Assembly (NCBI GenBank): GCA_017694765.1
Contig: JADIML010000169.1
Location: 1 to 32,913, forward strand
DNA: 32,913 nucleotides
Source: Candidatus Scybalomonas excrementavium
GTDB lineage: Bacteria; Bacillota; Clostridia; Lachnospirales; Lachnospiraceae
Direction of reading: 5' to 3'
In this document: positions 1 to 7,735 of the stretch, piece by piece
Numbering within the stretch: the first letter of the stretch is position 1
How the letters are laid out: each line of letters begins with the position of its first letter
Notes under the pieces: generated by a model
Database searches by the model: none
Seen by the model: only the letters and a program-made list of their open reading frames with translations
Told to the model about the DNA's origin: nothing
Made by a program: the position numbers and the translations under genes

Positions 1-1193
1 CAAAGCGAGAACCGGTACAAAAACGAGATACGATGTATCCACACATTGCCAAGTGTGATTACTTTACGGTAGATAAAATAAATCTCGATGGAAAACTTTT
101 TGATAAAATGGAAGGTTTTGTAACAGAAGAATCTTTCTTAAGCATTTTAGTATTAGATGGAGAAGGAACCATTCAGAATCAATTTGGAAGTCTTTCTTAT
201 AAAAAAGGAGATAGTTTATTTCTACCAGCAGGAAGTGGTTCTTATCAAATAGTGGGGCGCTGTGATGCTTTAGTGACTACGGTTGGAAAAAAAGAAGATA
301 TGGTTTCCCTTGGTATTGATATTGGAGGAACTTCTGCAAAAATCGGAATTGTTGATAAAGAAAATAGAGTCATTGCCGAAACGAAAGTAGTAACAGGAGT
401 AAAAAAAGCAGAAGAGATTATTGAAAATATTGCTAAGGCGGCTCTACAATTAATGGAAGAACATAACATTTCTATGGAACAGTGTGGAAAAGTTGGTGTT
501 GGAGTTCCGGGACTTGTGGATAAAAAAGAAGGAATGGTACTGTATTCCAATAACTTACAATGGGAAAATGTGAAACTTGCAGAAGAATTTAAAAAATATC
601 TTCCACTTCCAGTAAGTATTGCAAATGATGCAGACTGTGCTGCCTTAGGAGAAGCTGTTGCAGGGGCAGGCAGAGGTGTTCAAAATCTAGTTATGCTGAC
701 ATTGGGAACTGGCGTTGGTGGTGGCGTTATTTTAAATGGTCAATTATTTACAGGAAGCATATTAGGTGGTATTGAATTAGGACATATGGTCATTCATGAG
801 AAAGGTGAGCTATGTACTTGTGGAAGAAGAGGGTGTTTAGAAGCCTACGCGTCTGCAACAGCTATGCGACGTGAAGCCAAGAAAGTATATGGCACTTCTT
901 TAGAACCATTAGAAATTTTTGAAAAAGCAAATGCAAGTGATGAAAAAGCCAAAGTGATAGTTCATAATTATATTCAAGATTTAGGAACAGGAGTGATTAA
1001 CCTTGTGAATGTATTCCGTCCAGAGAGAATTATTTTTGGGGGAGGAATTGCAGCGCAAGGAGAAGTCATCTTACAACCAATTAGAGAAAGAATGGAAAAA
1101 GAATCTTTTGGAGGAAACTATTCAGAAGTTCCAGAATTAGTCATTGCTGAAATGGAAAATCAAGCAGGGATGATAGGAGCAGCAAATTTATAA
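1..1193 (+). CDS. Fusion protein: C-terminal cupin segment of type I mannose-6-phosphate isomerase joined in frame to a ROK-family sugar kinase (5' end lies outside the window)
   Basis: The frame is open from base 3 (KREPVQKRDT precedes the listed Met at 33), so the gene starts upstream. The first ~85 aa (CDYFTVDKI...KKGDSLFLPAGSGSYQI...ALVTTV) resemble the C-terminal beta-barrel of Firmicute ManA. From about aa 91: LGIDIGGTSAKIG (kinase phosphate-1 motif), ANDADCAALGE, and the ROK zinc motif CTCGRRGCLEAYAS. No stop separates the two parts. Confidence 0.8.
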   Translation, partial: KREPVQKRDTMYPHIAKCDYFTVDKINLDGKLFDKMEGFVTEESFLSILVLDGEGTIQNQFGSLSYKKGDSLFLPAGSGSYQIVGRCDALVTTVGKKEDMVSLGIDIGGTSAKIGIVDKENRVIAETKVVTGVKKAEEIIENIAKAALQLMEEHNISMEQCGKVGVGVPGLVDKKEGMVLYSNNLQWENVKLAEEFKKYLPLPVSIANDADCAALGEAVAGAGRGVQNLVMLTLGTGVGGGVILNGQLFTGSILGGIELGHMVIHEKGELCTCGRRGCLEAYASATAMRREAKKVYGTSLEPLEIFEKANASDEKAKVIVHNYIQDLGTGVINLVNVFRPERIIFGGGIAAQGEVILQPIRERMEKESFGGNYSEVPELVIAEMENQAGMIGAANL

Positions 1194-1210
1194 AGGTTAA
1201 AAGGAATAAA

Positions 1211-1259
1211 GGGCTTGTCGCTTTTATGATTTTGAATCATGAAAGCGACAGCCCCTTTT
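1211..1259. terminator. Bidirectional intrinsic terminator between convergent genes
   Basis: Long hairpin GGGCTTGTCGCTTTTATGATT / AATCATGAAAGCGACAGCCCC (about 20 bp with wobble pairs and one bulge), with an A-run before and TTTT after. Confidence 0.8.
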
Positions 1260-1285
1260 GATTTACATAGGAAAATGTTTTGTTT

Positions 1286-2164
1286 TTAAATTTCTTTTAC
1301 AAGAGCTCCTTCTTGTTCTACTTTTAAATGATGACATGCTGCATCACTTACTTTGGAAAGCTCCTGTTCGATTTGTTTTAAATTTTTAGTCTCATTACTA
1401 ATAATGAGCATAGTGGAACCACTTCCACTAATGAGCAATGCAAGGGCATCAAAACGCCTACACAACTGTTCCAACAGAGGATATTCAGGAATTAATTGTT
1501 TGCGATAAGGCTCATGAAGTCGATCACCGAACGCAGATTTGATGAGTTGAGTGTCTCCTGTTTCTAATCCTCGTAAGAACGCTGCACAATGTCCGATGTT
1601 AAAGACAGCATCGGTATAACTTAATTGTTTTGGTAAAATTTTTCTAGCTTCTTCTGTTGAGACTGTGGTATTTGGAACAACAGCCATAAATTGTAAAGAT
1701 TTATGAATGTGATAAGGAACTAGAATAGGTGTGTTCTCTTTCATAAAGGAAAGGGTAAGCCCTCCAAAAAGAGCAGGGGCTACATTATCGGGATGTCCTT
1801 CCATTTCCGTACAAATAGCAAAGAGTTGTTCCTTAGAGAAAGGAAATCCAAGAAGAGCGTTCGCTCCAACACATCCTGCTACAATACAAGCAGCGCTGCT
1901 TCCAAGCCCTCTCTTTAGAGGAATATCACAATCAATCGTAATTTCCACTCCAAAAAGAGATTGTTTCGCAGCTTCTACTGTCTTTTTAAATGCTACATAC
2001 ACAAGATTATCTTCGTTACAATAGGCTTTCTCACAGCCCTTTATCATAAAACCATCCTCAATTTTTTTAAAAGTAAAGTTGCCACGCATGGAGAGGGCTA
2101 GACCAAGACAGTCAAACCCAGCTCCCACATTGGCACTTGTCGCAGGAACGCTGACAAGAAACAT
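1286..2164 (-). CDS. thrB: Homoserine kinase (GHMP kinase family)
   Basis: N-terminus VPATSANVGAGFDCLGLAL and the GHMP motif PLKRGLGSSAA. AGGAG RBS upstream of the ATG. Lies directly downstream of thrC. Confidence 0.92.
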   Translation of the reverse strand: MFLVSVPATSANVGAGFDCLGLALSMRGNFTFKKIEDGFMIKGCEKAYCNEDNLVYVAFKKTVEAAKQSLFGVEITIDCDIPLKRGLGSSAACIVAGCVGANALLGFPFSKEQLFAICTEMEGHPDNVAPALFGGLTLSFMKENTPILVPYHIHKSLQFMAVVPNTTVSTEEARKILPKQLSYTDAVFNIGHCAAFLRGLETGDTQLIKSAFGDRLHEPYRKQLIPEYPLLEQLCRRFDALALLISGSGSTMLIISNETKNLKQIEQELSKVSDAACHHLKVEQEGALVKEI

Positions 2165-2218
2165 AATAATCTCCTTTCCGTCTGTTCGATTTTATTTCAA
2201 AATAAAATCATAAACTTT

Positions 2219-3712
2219 TTAACGTAGTAAGTATTCTGTTTTAGAAAGTACATAATCTTTTATTTGCTCTTTTGTTACAATGTCGGTATGAAGAATGGAT
2301 TTGTTATGAAGCACTGCCAAATTTGTAGGAATCGTTGTTCCTGTCTTTTTGGAGAGCAATTCCATCAGTTCAAATTCATCATTGGAAGGAATCATACCTT
2401 CGATAGCCTCATAAACTTGTGCGCTAAATTTATAAGGGCTTGCAGTAGAAAGAAGAATACAAGGATATTCACTTTCTTCTTGTTGATATTGTTTCATAAC
2501 ATGATAGCCAACAGCCGTATGTGGATCCATAACATAACCATAAGTGTCATAGACATGTTTGATCGCTTGTTGACAGTCTTCATCTGAGCTGTAACCAGCA
2601 TAAAAAAGCTCTTTTAATTTGTTATGTAATTCTGGTGTAATTTCATAAAAACCTTCTTCATTTAAAGATTTCATGAGTTTTCCGGTATAGACATCATCTT
2701 TATCGCTCATATAGTAAAGAAGTCGTTCTAAATTACTGGAAATTAAGATGTCCATAGATGGAGATAATGTCTTGTGAAACGGTCTTCTCTTATCATAAAC
2801 TCCAGTTTTAAAAAAGTCTGTTAATATATGATTCGCATTGGAAGCAACAACTAATTTATGAACGGGAAGCCCCAATAATTTGGCATAATACCCAGCTAAA
2901 ATATCTCCAAAGTTTCCAGTTGGTACACAAAAAGATACTTTATCAGAAAGGGAAATCTTACCTTGTTTTACAAGTTGCATATAAGAGTAGAAATAATAAA
3001 CAACTTGTGGGGCTAAACGACCAATGTTAATCGAGTTGGCACTTGAGAATATAACATCGTCTGGGGAAGTGAAATCTTTCTTAGATAAGCTGTTAAAGAA
3101 AGATTTCACTTGAGATTGTGCATCATCAAAATTGCCATATAAAGCACAAACCCCAGTATTTTTTCCCTCTTGTGTTACCATTTGAAGTTCTTGTACTTTA
3201 CTTGTGCCATCTTTTGGATAAAATACGAGAATACCAGTGCGATCAACATCTTGAAAACCACAAAGAGCAGCTTTTCCAGTATCTCCACTTGTTGCAGTTA
3301 AGATCATGACTTTTTTGTTTGGTTCTTCTTTTAAGGAAAGAGACATAAGCTGTGGAAGCATTTGAAGAGCAATGTCTTTAAATGCAGAAGTTGGTCCATG
3401 GAATAACTCTAATAAGGAATCATCTCCAACAGATACAACTGGTGTCACTTCTTTGGAAGAAAATGTATCATGATAAGCATGATGTACAGCAGTCGTTAAT
3501 TCTTCTTTGGTAAACCCAGGAAGAAGATGGGAGAGGATAATAGGAGCCATTTCTTCATAAGTAAGCTCTAAAAGAGTTTGTAAATCAATCGTTGTATTTC
3601 CCAAATCCTCACATACATATAGTCCTCCATCGGGAGCAAGTCCTTGTAAAATAGCTCCTTTCACAGAAGAAGTGAGCATTTTATTTCTTGTGCTACTAAA
3701 AAAATTTTTCAT
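2219..3712 (-). CDS. thrC: Threonine synthase (PLP-dependent)
   Basis: SAFKD (PLP-lysine motif), TATSGDTGKAA, PTGNFGDILAGYYA. The start was moved from the ORF-track Met (3880) to the ATG at 3712 (MKNFFSSTRNK...), which follows GCAAGGAGAAAAGG. The upstream 56 codons read as low-complexity intergenic translation. Confidence 0.9.
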   Translation of the reverse strand: MKNFFSSTRNKMLTSSVKGAILQGLAPDGGLYVCEDLGNTTIDLQTLLELTYEEMAPIILSHLLPGFTKEELTTAVHHAYHDTFSSKEVTPVVSVGDDSLLELFHGPTSAFKDIALQMLPQLMSLSLKEEPNKKVMILTATSGDTGKAALCGFQDVDRTGILVFYPKDGTSKVQELQMVTQEGKNTGVCALYGNFDDAQSQVKSFFNSLSKKDFTSPDDVIFSSANSINIGRLAPQVVYYFYSYMQLVKQGKISLSDKVSFCVPTGNFGDILAGYYAKLLGLPVHKLVVASNANHILTDFFKTGVYDKRRPFHKTLSPSMDILISSNLERLLYYMSDKDDVYTGKLMKSLNEEGFYEITPELHNKLKELFYAGYSSDEDCQQAIKHVYDTYGYVMDPHTAVGYHVMKQYQQEESEYPCILLSTASPYKFSAQVYEAIEGMIPSNDEFELMELLSKKTGTTIPTNLAVLHNKSILHTDIVTKEQIKDYVLSKTEYLLR

Positions 3713-3970
3713 CAATATCACCTTTTCTCCTTGCATTGTCATAAATACCATGATACAATGTGCGCAATATAAAAACAAGTGTTTTTTTGAAAAAAACAAA
3801 AATTTCTTTCGTTGAGATATCATTTTAATAATGAAAAAACTAGATAGAATATTTGTTGATACAATGTGGCAGAGGGGCAATGTATTAAAATAATCATGTG
3901 GGCAAATGATAAGAGATATGTTTGCATAAAGGTATTATAATAGAAAGTAAAAAAGAAGGGAGAATGGAAG

Positions 3971-5158
3971 ATGAAAATAGCAGTTTTAGGATATGGAACA
4001 ATTGGAAGAGGAGTATATGAAATTCTTAGTAATCCAGTGACAGACTATACGAAAAAAATTCAAGTTTCCTATATTTGGATTCGAAAAGGGAAAGAGAAAG
4101 CTCTTCCAGAAATGTGTGATGATTTTAACATCATTTTACAGGATAAAGAAGTGGAAGTTGTTGTAGAATTACTTGGCGGAATAGAACCAGCACATACCAT
4201 GATTTTAGAAGCATTAAGAGCTGGAAAACATGTCGTAACAGCTAATAAAAAAGTAACAGCGCAGTATTTAAAAGAATTTTTAGAAGTGGCGAAAGAACAT
4301 CATGTGCAATTTCTATTTGAAGCTACAACAGGAGGTGGTATTCCATGGGTTCGAGCTGTGGAAAAAGTGAAACGAATTGATGAAGTTTCTGACTTTCATG
4401 GAATTTTTAATGGAACGACAAACTATATTTTAGATAGAATGTATAAAGAAGGAGCAGAATTTGATGATGTTTTAAAAGATGCACAACAATTAGGTTATGC
4501 AGAACATGATCCATCAGCAGATATTGATGGACTTGATATAGGGGATAAGTTGCAAATTACGGCATCGTTAGCATTTGATTGTATTGCACCAAATGATTTT
4601 CCTATTTTTGGGATTCGAACGATCACAAAGAATGATATTTCTTTCTTTAAGAATAGAGGACAAGTGGTCAAGTTAATTGCACAAGCGAAGCGTTCTAACA
4701 ACATTCTTAGTTGTTGCATAGAACCTGTTGTATTTTCGAAAGATTCTATGGAAGCCAGTGTGCCAAATAACTTTAATCTAGGAAGTATTACAGGCACAAC
4801 CATTGGAGAACTAAAATTTTATGGACAAGGTGCTGGTATGCTACCAACGGCGAATGCTGTGATACAAGATATAATCGATTTATTAGAAGAAAAAAATGAA
4901 ACGGCATTTGACTTTTCTAAGGAAGTGGAGTTTTGTTATGATAAAATTATGAAAGATTATATCATTCGTACATCTCTACCTGAAGAGAAGGTAAGAGAAG
5001 TTTTTGGAGAAAATGTTGGAGAGAGGGAAGAATATTTGGGCAATTACTATTATGAGATTCTTACAATTTCTACGAAAAGACTCCATGATGGGATTCAACA
5101 GTTACAAGTCTATGATAAAACCGTATTTGGTGCGAGAATCCATGTGGGTACTTTATAA
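3971..5158 (+). CDS. hom: Homoserine dehydrogenase
   Basis: N-terminal Rossmann motif MKIAVLGYGTIGRGV, then VTANK, EATTGGGIP and AEHDPSADIDGLD. Divergent from thrC-thrB. Confidence 0.9.
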   Translation: MKIAVLGYGTIGRGVYEILSNPVTDYTKKIQVSYIWIRKGKEKALPEMCDDFNIILQDKEVEVVVELLGGIEPAHTMILEALRAGKHVVTANKKVTAQYLKEFLEVAKEHHVQFLFEATTGGGIPWVRAVEKVKRIDEVSDFHGIFNGTTNYILDRMYKEGAEFDDVLKDAQQLGYAEHDPSADIDGLDIGDKLQITASLAFDCIAPNDFPIFGIRTITKNDISFFKNRGQVVKLIAQAKRSNNILSCCIEPVVFSKDSMEASVPNNFNLGSITGTTIGELKFYGQGAGMLPTANAVIQDIIDLLEEKNETAFDFSKEVEFCYDKIMKDYIIRTSLPEEKVREVFGENVGEREEYLGNYYYEILTISTKRLHDGIQQLQVYDKTVFGARIHVGTL

Positions 5159-5232
5159 TAAGAACAAGAATACTTGAGACTTTTATTATGGAATGTATCG
5201 ATATCATGTATGAATATAAAGAAGAGACATAT

Positions 5233-5244
5233 CTTGTATACAAG
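5233..5244. promoter_or_regulatory. Perfect 12-bp palindrome CTTGTATACAAG (candidate GntR-family operator), 15 nt upstream of a TTGACT(5259-5264)-16 nt-TATAAT(5281-5286) promoter-like pair
   Basis: Exact palindrome read from the sequence. The same 12-mer occurs at 11774-11785. Confidence 0.6.
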
Positions 5245-5380
5245 TTATATGGAAACTCTTGACTTTTTATTCATTGGGTGTATAATTTTTTATAGCAACC
5301 TATTTGTTATAAAAAGTAAAAATGACACTGTATGAAAATATTTCCGTTATTTTTAGTGTGTAGGAAATGGAATAACGGAA

Positions 5381-5411
5381 TTGACATACTTCTATGTATA
5401 GTAGTATACAA
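5381..5411 (+). promoter_or_regulatory. Candidate eda-proximal promoter TTGACA-18 nt-TATACA, with a 9/10 operator-like site TAGTATACAA (5402-5411) over the -10
   Basis: TTGACA at 5381-5386 and TATACA at 5405-5410. Lies about 30 nt upstream of the eda ATG. Confidence 0.45.
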
Positions 5412-5441
5412 GTAAGTGTCGATATTGGAGGTAGAGAAAGA

Positions 5442-6083
5442 ATGAATGCAGTATCTGAACAGATCGCAAAGTTAGGTGTAGTACCTGTTGTTGTTTTAAA
5501 TGATGTAAAAGATGCAAAACCTCTTGCAGATGCTTTATGTGAAGGTGGACTTCCATGTGCAGAAGTAACATTTAGAACAGAGGCAGCAGAAGAGTCCATT
5601 CGTGTTATGACACAATCCCATCCAGAAATGTTTGTTGGAGCTGGAACTGTTTTAACAATTGAACAAGTAGATCGTGCAGTAAATGCTGGAGCAAAATTTA
5701 TTGTAAGTCCAGGATTTGATCCAGAAATCGTTGATTACTGTCTTTCAAAAGAAATTCCTGTTTATCCAGGATGTATTACACCATCAGAAGTAGCACAGGC
5801 TGTAAAAAGAGGATTAGAAGTAATTAAGTTTTTCCCAGCAGAACCATTTGGTGGAGTCAATACAATTAAAGCATTAGCTGCTCCATATACAAATGTGAAA
5901 TTCATGCCTACAGGTGGAATTAGTGCTAAAAATTTAGAAGAATATTTAAGCTATAATAGAATCGTTGCTTGTGGTGGTAGCTGGATGGTAAAAGGTGAGC
6001 TTGTAGAAGAAGGCAAGTTTGATGAAATCAAAGCTATGACAGCAGAAGCTGTGAAATTAGTAGAAGACATTCGTTCTAAATAA
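5442..6083 (+). CDS. eda: 2-dehydro-3-deoxyphosphogluconate (KDPG) aldolase
   Basis: VVPVVVLNDVKDAKPLADAL..GGLPCAEVTFRT, FIVSPG, VIKFFPAE..GG, FMPTGGIS. Start placed at the ATG at 5442, preceded by GGAGGTAGAGAAAGA; the ORF-track Met at 5394 lacks an RBS. Confidence 0.88.
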   Translation: MNAVSEQIAKLGVVPVVVLNDVKDAKPLADALCEGGLPCAEVTFRTEAAEESIRVMTQSHPEMFVGAGTVLTIEQVDRAVNAGAKFIVSPGFDPEIVDYCLSKEIPVYPGCITPSEVAQAVKRGLEVIKFFPAEPFGGVNTIKALAAPYTNVKFMPTGGISAKNLEEYLSYNRIVACGGSWMVKGELVEEGKFDEIKAMTAEAVKLVEDIRSK

Positions 6084-6132
6084 TGATACTTTTACACATG
6101 TGATAATAAAAACAAAACTCCTAAGTATGAAA

Positions 6133-6164
6133 AGGGTGTCACTCGATTTAGTGACACCCTTTTT
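6133..6164. terminator. Bidirectional intrinsic terminator between eda and the AraC-family gene
   Basis: AGGGTGTCACT-CGATTT-AGTGACACCCT (11-bp stem) flanked by AAA and TTTTT. Confidence 0.85.
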
Positions 6165-6198
6165 GAATGCATAAAAATATATAAAACCATTCTATATA

Positions 6199-6999
6199 TT
6201 ATTTAGGTTCTTCTTCGTTTGGAGAACGACCAAATATCTTTTTATAATTCCGATAAAAAGTAGAATATTCCTGAAAGCCAGATTGTAAAGCAGCAGAAGT
6301 TGCTGGTATTCCGGATTGAATCAGTCCTTTTGCAATGGATAGTCTTTTATGGAGAATATAATTGGCTACCGTTGTTCCTGTCATTTTACGAAATATTTTT
6401 GTTAAATAATTTTTGCTCATAAAAAATTTCTTTGCAATTTCTTCTACATAAAGAGGTTCCGTTAGATGATTATTAATATACGTTAGAACTTCACGTGCAA
6501 TTGGATCAATTTCTTCTCCACTGATTGCAGAAGCAGAGATTGCATTTAGTTGCGCTAAAATAGATATAAGTCGTGATCGAATTGCAATGTCAAGTATCCA
6601 GCTATCTAAAATTTGGCAGTCATCAATGGCTTCCATATAGTGATCAAGGTGGAAGTTATCGGCATTACAAAACATAACATTATCTTTTGAAAATGGTAGT
6701 AAAAGAAGTTTTTCCTCTTCGTCTTTTAAGAGATCTTCGTAGAAGTGAATTTGATACCGGATATATGGGCGATCCGATAAAGTATAAAGACCATGAAATT
6801 TGTGAGGAGCTACTAAAAGTACGCTATTTTTAGGTGGGCGATATTCCATGCCCTCCATAAGAAAGACGACATCTCCATCTAAAATATAGTTAATTTCATA
6901 TTGATCGTGACAATGGAGTTCATATTGAAGACCATTTTCTGTACTATATTTCTTCTCATATTTGATATGATCGGCTAAAAATTTCTCATGTTTTTTCAA
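6199..6999 (-). CDS. AraC-family transcriptional regulator (N-terminal cupin sensor + C-terminal double HTH)
   Basis: Cupin-like HCHDQYEINYILDGD...PHKFHG. C-terminal AraC HTH: EEIAKKFFMSKNYLTKIFRK..G.T...Y....R...A..L. TTG start at 6999, 9 nt after AAGGAG. Confidence 0.85.
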   Translation of the reverse strand: MKKHEKFLADHIKYEKKYSTENGLQYELHCHDQYEINYILDGDVVFLMEGMEYRPPKNSVLLVAPHKFHGLYTLSDRPYIRYQIHFYEDLLKDEEEKLLLLPFSKDNVMFCNADNFHLDHYMEAIDDCQILDSWILDIAIRSRLISILAQLNAISASAISGEEIDPIAREVLTYINNHLTEPLYVEEIAKKFFMSKNYLTKIFRKMTGTTVANYILHKRLSIAKGLIQSGIPATSAALQSGFQEYSTFYRNYKKIFGRSPNEEEPK

Positions 7000-7513
7000 T
7001 ACAAAGCACTCCTTTCTACTTCATCATGCAAATAGAAACAATTATTTGTATATAGAATAACAAATTCGAGTGCAAAATGCAATCTTATGAAATCAAAATA
7101 CAATGTATTTTTCGATGGAATCTGATAGAATAGTGTTTGTAAACAACGAAAGACAAAAAGACAAGACATAAGAAGTTGTTTTTGATAAATAGAAATGAAA
7201 AAAAGAAAAAAAGAGAAGAAGAAAGGAAGATTATGATGGTAGAATTAAATTCAATTGAAATGCTAGGTTTTGTATTATATAGAAAAAATGTAACAGCAAA
7301 AAGATTTTTAGAAGTACTTGATGCAATTCACTAATCCCTCCATTTTAAAAGAAAAGCATGGGAATAGATGGTTGCGAAAATATCCTGAAGTTCCCATAAA
7401 ATATTTCATTTATTTGATTTGTATAAAGAAGCACAAACAAATAAGATAAATACCCATTCAAACAATGAAGCATAATAACATAACAGTATCCTATATGGAT
7501 AATAAACTCCTCC

Positions 7514-7551
7514 AAAGACTGTCATCTCCCATTTGATGACAGTCTTTTTTT
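7514..7551 (+). terminator. Orphan intrinsic terminator with no recognisable upstream gene
   Basis: AAAGACTGTCATC-8 nt loop-GATGACAGTCTTT followed by a T-run. The T tail exists only on the + strand. Confidence 0.7.
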
Positions 7552-7668
7552 GCATGATAAACTTCCTCTTAATGAGTCAGTCTATCATAAATATGTTTGA
7601 TTTCCCGTTAAATTGTACAAAATTTCAACATGAATTTTAGTGGAATTATCAGAAAATATTGTACATGA

Positions 7669-7697
7669 TTGACACTTGTATACGAGTAGGGTATAGT
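7669..7697 (+). promoter_or_regulatory. uidA promoter TTGACA-17 nt-TATAGT with operator CTTGTATACGAG (7675-7686) filling the spacer
   Basis: Same architecture and nearly the same sequence as 11768-11796. Lies 39 nt upstream of the uidA ATG. Confidence 0.7.
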
Positions 7698-7735
7698 TTT
7701 AAATAAAAGAGTGTTAGTTATTAGGAGGAAAAATT

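Noticed and set aside
3713-3880. N-terminal 56-codon extension of thrC in the ORF track. Similar extensions occur on eda (5394), the GntR gene (10666), the transporter (11838), rpoB (20404) and rpoC (24411).
   Set aside because: The extensions start at non-ATG or RBS-less codons and translate to non-conserved sequence. In each case an internal ATG with a proper Shine-Dalgarno sequence matches the expected conserved N-terminus.
5190-5215. Possible CcpA cre site near eda (TGTATCGATATCA); also TGTAATCGTCAGAT at about 13528
   Set aside because: Both deviate from the 14-nt cre consensus TGWAANCGNTNWCA in spacing or in several key positions. No convincing cre was found at any promoter in the locus.
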